Below, piece after piece: positions 31,902 through 32,000 of a DNA stretch of 32,000 nt. A program made the translations under genes and the position numbers. Under the pieces are notes generated by a model. It had not been told where the DNA came from and did not search any database. It worked only from the letters and a program-made list of their open reading frames with translations. The first letter of the stretch is position 1; each line of letters begins with the position of its first letter. The stretch spans positions 720,001-752,000 of the forward strand of contig OZ245819.1 of the NCBI GenBank assembly GCA_965228485.1. The letters run 5' to 3'. Source of the stretch: Candidatus Saccharimonadota bacterium. GTDB lineage: Bacteria; Patescibacteriota; Gracilibacteria; UBA4473.

Positions 31902-32000
31902 TTACTCTAAGCAATAGTCTTTTTCATTAGAGGAATCAGCCAGGTATAAAATCTTCTCCTGGGCACAATATCCATTTACAACGGCATAATGCCCAACTTT
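31902..32000 (-). CDS. 3' end (32 codons) of a gene continuing beyond the right edge; possible papain-like/C39-like peptidase C-terminus
   Basis: Manual translation of the minus strand gives KVGHYAVVNGYCAQEKILYLADSSNEKDYCLE followed by a stop. G-H-Y-x-V-V-x-G-Y resembles the catalytic-His strand of papain-fold peptidases. The fragment is very short, so support is weak. Confidence 0.25.
   Translation of the reverse strand, partial: KVGHYAVVNGYCAQEKILYLADSSNEKDYCLE

Overview
This is a gene-dense bacterial chromosomal window, about 40% G+C by eye, using the standard genetic code (TGA serves as a stop, e.g. at the end of murC). The gene content suggests an uncultivated small-genome lineage of Patescibacteria/CPR type; that placement is an inference from content and style, not a database result. 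All protein calls rest on motif recognition in the supplied translations, with no searches run.

Housekeeping genes:
- pcrA 3' part, alpha-glucan phosphorylase, trxB, murC, metK preceded by a SAM-I riboswitch, an LCP-family protein, and a rhomboid protease.
- Four tRNAs: Ile-GAU, initiator Met-CAU, Leu-GAG and Trp-CCA.

Accessory or unusual content, left to right:
1. A 466-aa protein ending in a HicA-toxin-like domain.
2. A CsoR-like/DUF4395/TrxB operon with a CsoR-type operator.
3. A secreted six-repeat protein and an ECF sigma/anti-sigma operon, both preceded by the same TGAAAG-N16-CGTATTAC promoter motif.
4. A small membrane-anchored protein with a HEPN-like RNRAAH motif, convergent with a G+C-rich truncated rhomboid.
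5. An orphan VirD4/TraD-like coupling ATPase.
6. An accessory islet between tRNA-fMet and tRNA-Leu. It carries reiterated tRNA 3'-end fragments, a roughly 1-kb cassette bounded by 62-nt direct repeats, an SLH+CAP surface protein and a lipoprotein ecotin homolog.
7. Three tandem VirB2/TrbC-like (CPR-type) pilin paralogs, one with a 10-Cys extracellular extension, divergent from pilT.
8. A perfect 19-nt copy of the tRNA-Trp 3' end 200 bp downstream of that tRNA, followed by an HxlR/TetR/SDR accessory block.

No CRISPR array, transposase or integrase was seen.
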